Shown: piece after piece, positions 36,001 to 36,630 of the stretch
Layout of the letters: each line of letters starts with the position of its first letter
Numbering within the stretch: the stretch's first letter is position 1
Origin: Nitrospirota bacterium
Lineage (GTDB): Bacteria; Nitrospirota; Thermodesulfovibrionia; Thermodesulfovibrionales; UBA6898
Assembly (NCBI GenBank): GCA_021813425.1
Contig: JAKAKQ010000325.1
Location: forward strand, 1-36,630
DNA: 36,630 nt
Direction: 5' to 3'
Made by a program: the position numbers and the translations under genes
The notes under the pieces: generated by a model
What the model was told of the DNA's origin: nothing
Seen by the model: only the letters and a program-made list of their open reading frames with translations
The model's database searches: none

Positions 36001-36055
36001 AAATATTGATAAAATTATTTCTCAAATATTTCAAAAACCTATTTGCCATTAACAT
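33029..36055 (-). CDS. large secreted multidomain protein: zinc phospholipase C-like N-domain, CARDB-like, Ig-like/choice-of-anchor-type domains, and a C-terminal PPC (pre-peptidase C-terminal) domain
   Basis: 1008 aa. The signal/anchor is LVFLFWLTVFIAFIPNILYA|HD. PLC-type metal-ligand motifs are present: HDNIEVHPYITEQA, HHFYQPD, LGRIAHLLADVSVPAHVHND and SYENY. The CARDB-like segment is PDLVVSGSVSVSPNPVTVGSNVTISYTVLNQGTANAG...TSNDYAS. A beta-domain follows (CTYSISPASQSFGSSGGYGSVSVTTSSGCSWTASSSYSWITI...GQTFTLTQ). The PPC-like end is EPNDSSSQANPL...DKDWFDVYVSSGTTISFTL...DYDMALY. An SD (ggaggg) lies 7 nt upstream of the ATG. Confidence 0.75.
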   Translation of the reverse strand: MLMANRFLKYLRNNFINISKRQLVFLFWLTVFIAFIPNILYAHDNIEVHPYITEQAFYVWPDDKSHEIYFYLGEDYRLPSCEWWNIACQDYMCELAKSGKLITEGTKEEDDYDPVTYLCNNDYFIGYFHHFYQPDWSEPNGLFTDIYNTGALAYARLYWNEIKKIYPVNKEMAYWYLGRIAHLLADVSVPAHVHNDPHDPVSGSDSYENYIKKDEYGTKYWKQWKTYDAKKLDSIPETSIPETWKLEDLFWNLAQRTQYFPSDNYDGNTTNADLSWFSGWPDTKNWRKWSIVDDYIENSNLLKIGDKLMPLAIQYTAALYKLFWNETHPVITPDIKANSSDGPLNITTNDTLSITVSLGPGSLEGTNADWWVVADTPFGLYYYVYPSQWNMISGLDYILWAYKGPLFNLPSTELINVMDLPAGTYTIYFGVDTVMNGQLDFDYLYYDSVVVNVTASNITPPAAPDLVVSGSVSVSPNPVTVGSNVTISYTVLNQGTANAGASTTKIQIKNTSTNILLTEGYFSTSAISAGSSTINESHSLQIPSNAATGNYTVYIILDTQNSIGQSDTSNDYASAGLSIGSTGGGALQVTPIDRFDSSGPQGGPFNPLSKTYTLSNTGVSSINWTASKGQNWVNLSSTSGTISPGGSTQVVVSINSSANSLTSGNYVDTVTFTNTTDGNGNATRTVNLTVTYSTPTITVGPTSLNFGNVQVGTCSTAVFVIQHVLGTGTASGNVSASPNPPFSILSGSSFSVSNGSAANVTVQFCPTSSGTFNGTATVSSTATFIGTNTIALTGTGYNSCTYSISPASQSFGSSGGYGSVSVTTSSGCSWTASSSYSWITITSGSSGGVSGTVNYSVASNSSTSSRTGTITIAGQTFTLTQSGAPASSCSEVEPNDSSSQANPLTLNVGCTGKISSSTDKDWFDVYVSSGTTISFTLTVPAGLDYDMALYGPDSSNSSQHWLKESTNPAGQNETITYTTTATGYFAVQIYGYQGAYSTTSAYTITRSQ

Positions 36056-36058
36056 AAT

Positions 36059-36328
36059 CTATCCCTCCGTTTCTATCCTCAGCCGATACTGCAAAATTCC
36101 TTTTAAGTATTCCACGGCTTTTTTGACTTTTTCTTTCATTAAGCCGGCATAAACCTGAGAGGTTCTGATACTTGAATGGCAGGGTTGTTCCTGAACAAGC
36201 CTCGGATTGTGATTACCGGATTCATAAAGGAAACTTTCATGGGTACGTCTTAAGCAGTGGATAGAATAATGATTCTGTATGCTAATTTGCTGAATACGGT
36301 TCTTTTTTGCCCAGAATTTAATCTCCAC
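36059..36328 (-). pseudogene. tyrosine recombinase (phage integrase family), C-terminal remnant only
   Basis: The 89-aa ORF with a GTG start contains the degenerate box II region HCLRRTHESFLYESGNHNPRLVQEQPCHSSIRTSQVY. Compare the family consensus H.LRHT.A..L.E.G.....IQ..LGHSSI.TT..Y. The ~200-aa N-terminal and catalytic-Arg region is missing, and the in-frame upstream sequence hits a stop within 12 codons. Confidence 0.65.
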
Positions 36329-36411
36329 CGCCTTTTTTAAACAGGCTCCCCAGATGTAATGTTATTGTATATACCAATAAACAGTGTAAAAGTCAATACA
36401 ATTTTTGCATT

Positions 36412-36630
36412 TCACAGTATCTCAAAAACCGGAATAAATCTTACTCTTGTTTTTCCTATCTTCTCCTCATCCTTAAAACCTATATTCACAACCCAAGCCT
36501 CTTTCGGATTATATCTGCTGATAAACCCTCTTAGCGAGCGGCCGATTTCTTTACCCTTCATCTCCCTGCATTTTACCTCAACCGGGATGACTTCATCTCC
36601 TCTGTTAATAATAAAATCAACCTCGGCCCT
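36412..36630 (-). CDS. DUF4143-type AAA+ ATPase, C-terminal 72 codons (5' part outside the window)
   Basis: My translation is RAEVDFIINRGDEVIPVEVKCREMKGKEIGRSLRGFISRYNPKEAWVVNIGFKDEEKIGKTRVRFIPVFEIL*. The EVDFI...PIEVK restriction-endonuclease-like end is typical of DUF4143 ATPases. It is not in the ORF track because the frame is open at the window edge. Confidence 0.65.
   Translation of the reverse strand, partial: RAEVDFIINRGDEVIPVEVKCREMKGKEIGRSLRGFISRYNPKEAWVVNIGFKDEEKIGKTRVRFIPVFEIL

Noticed and set aside
32124-36328. A true integron (intI plus an attC cassette array)
   Set aside because: The recombinase remnant is co-oriented with the cassette-like genes rather than divergent, and a 3-kb gene separates them. 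I could not find RYYYAAC/GTTRRRY core sites or the imperfect long palindromes typical of attC around the repeats. It is retained only as a cassette-like analogy in the findings.
1-36630. tRNA, rRNA, tmRNA, RNase P or SRP RNA genes in the >100-nt intergenic gaps
   Set aside because: Inspecting each gap by eye showed no cloverleaf-compatible or otherwise recognisable conserved RNA sequences apart from the c-di-AMP riboswitch. A covariance-model scan would be needed to be certain.

Overview
This is a 36.6-kb segment of a fairly low-GC bacterial chromosome. By eye I found no rRNA, tRNA, CRISPR array or cas genes. About 31 kb is housekeeping. In coordinate order it holds: aroB(partial)-aroK-aroC (- strand); a pilMNOPQ type IV pilus operon extended by two lipoprotein genes and closed by a strong intrinsic terminator; infB-rbfA-nrnA-truB (- strand); rpmB plus a DUF721/DciA-like gene; a tetrahaem cytochrome c plus a haem-motif/HAMP/PAS sensor with no output domain; tig-clpP-clpX; polA; a lysine-rich DUF4912-like protein; a TPR protein; a TIGR02757-like protein; kup preceded by a c-di-AMP (ydaO/kimA-class) riboswitch that the ORF track cannot show; and rnr. 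The last ~5.6 kb (31.0-36.6 kb) looks accessory. It holds small orphan genes bounded by three copies of a 26-bp repeat, a DUF433 gene missed by the ORF track, a 1008-aa secreted phospholipase-C-like multidomain protein, a tyrosine-recombinase remnant and a partial DUF4143 ATPase. I do not see a clear new multi-gene system such as a defence operon. The observations most worth follow-up are: (1) short tandem-repeat and hairpin DNA sitting in-frame inside essential genes (aroC at three sites, rnr at one, possibly the TPR gene 5' end), related to intergenic repeats in the same window; (2) the cytochrome and output-less Cys-cluster PAS sensor pair; (3) the cassette-like repeat-bounded small genes next to a recombinase remnant; (4) the two lipoprotein genes inserted into the conserved pilQ-aroK linkage. 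All family calls come from motif recognition by eye and need HMM or BLAST confirmation.
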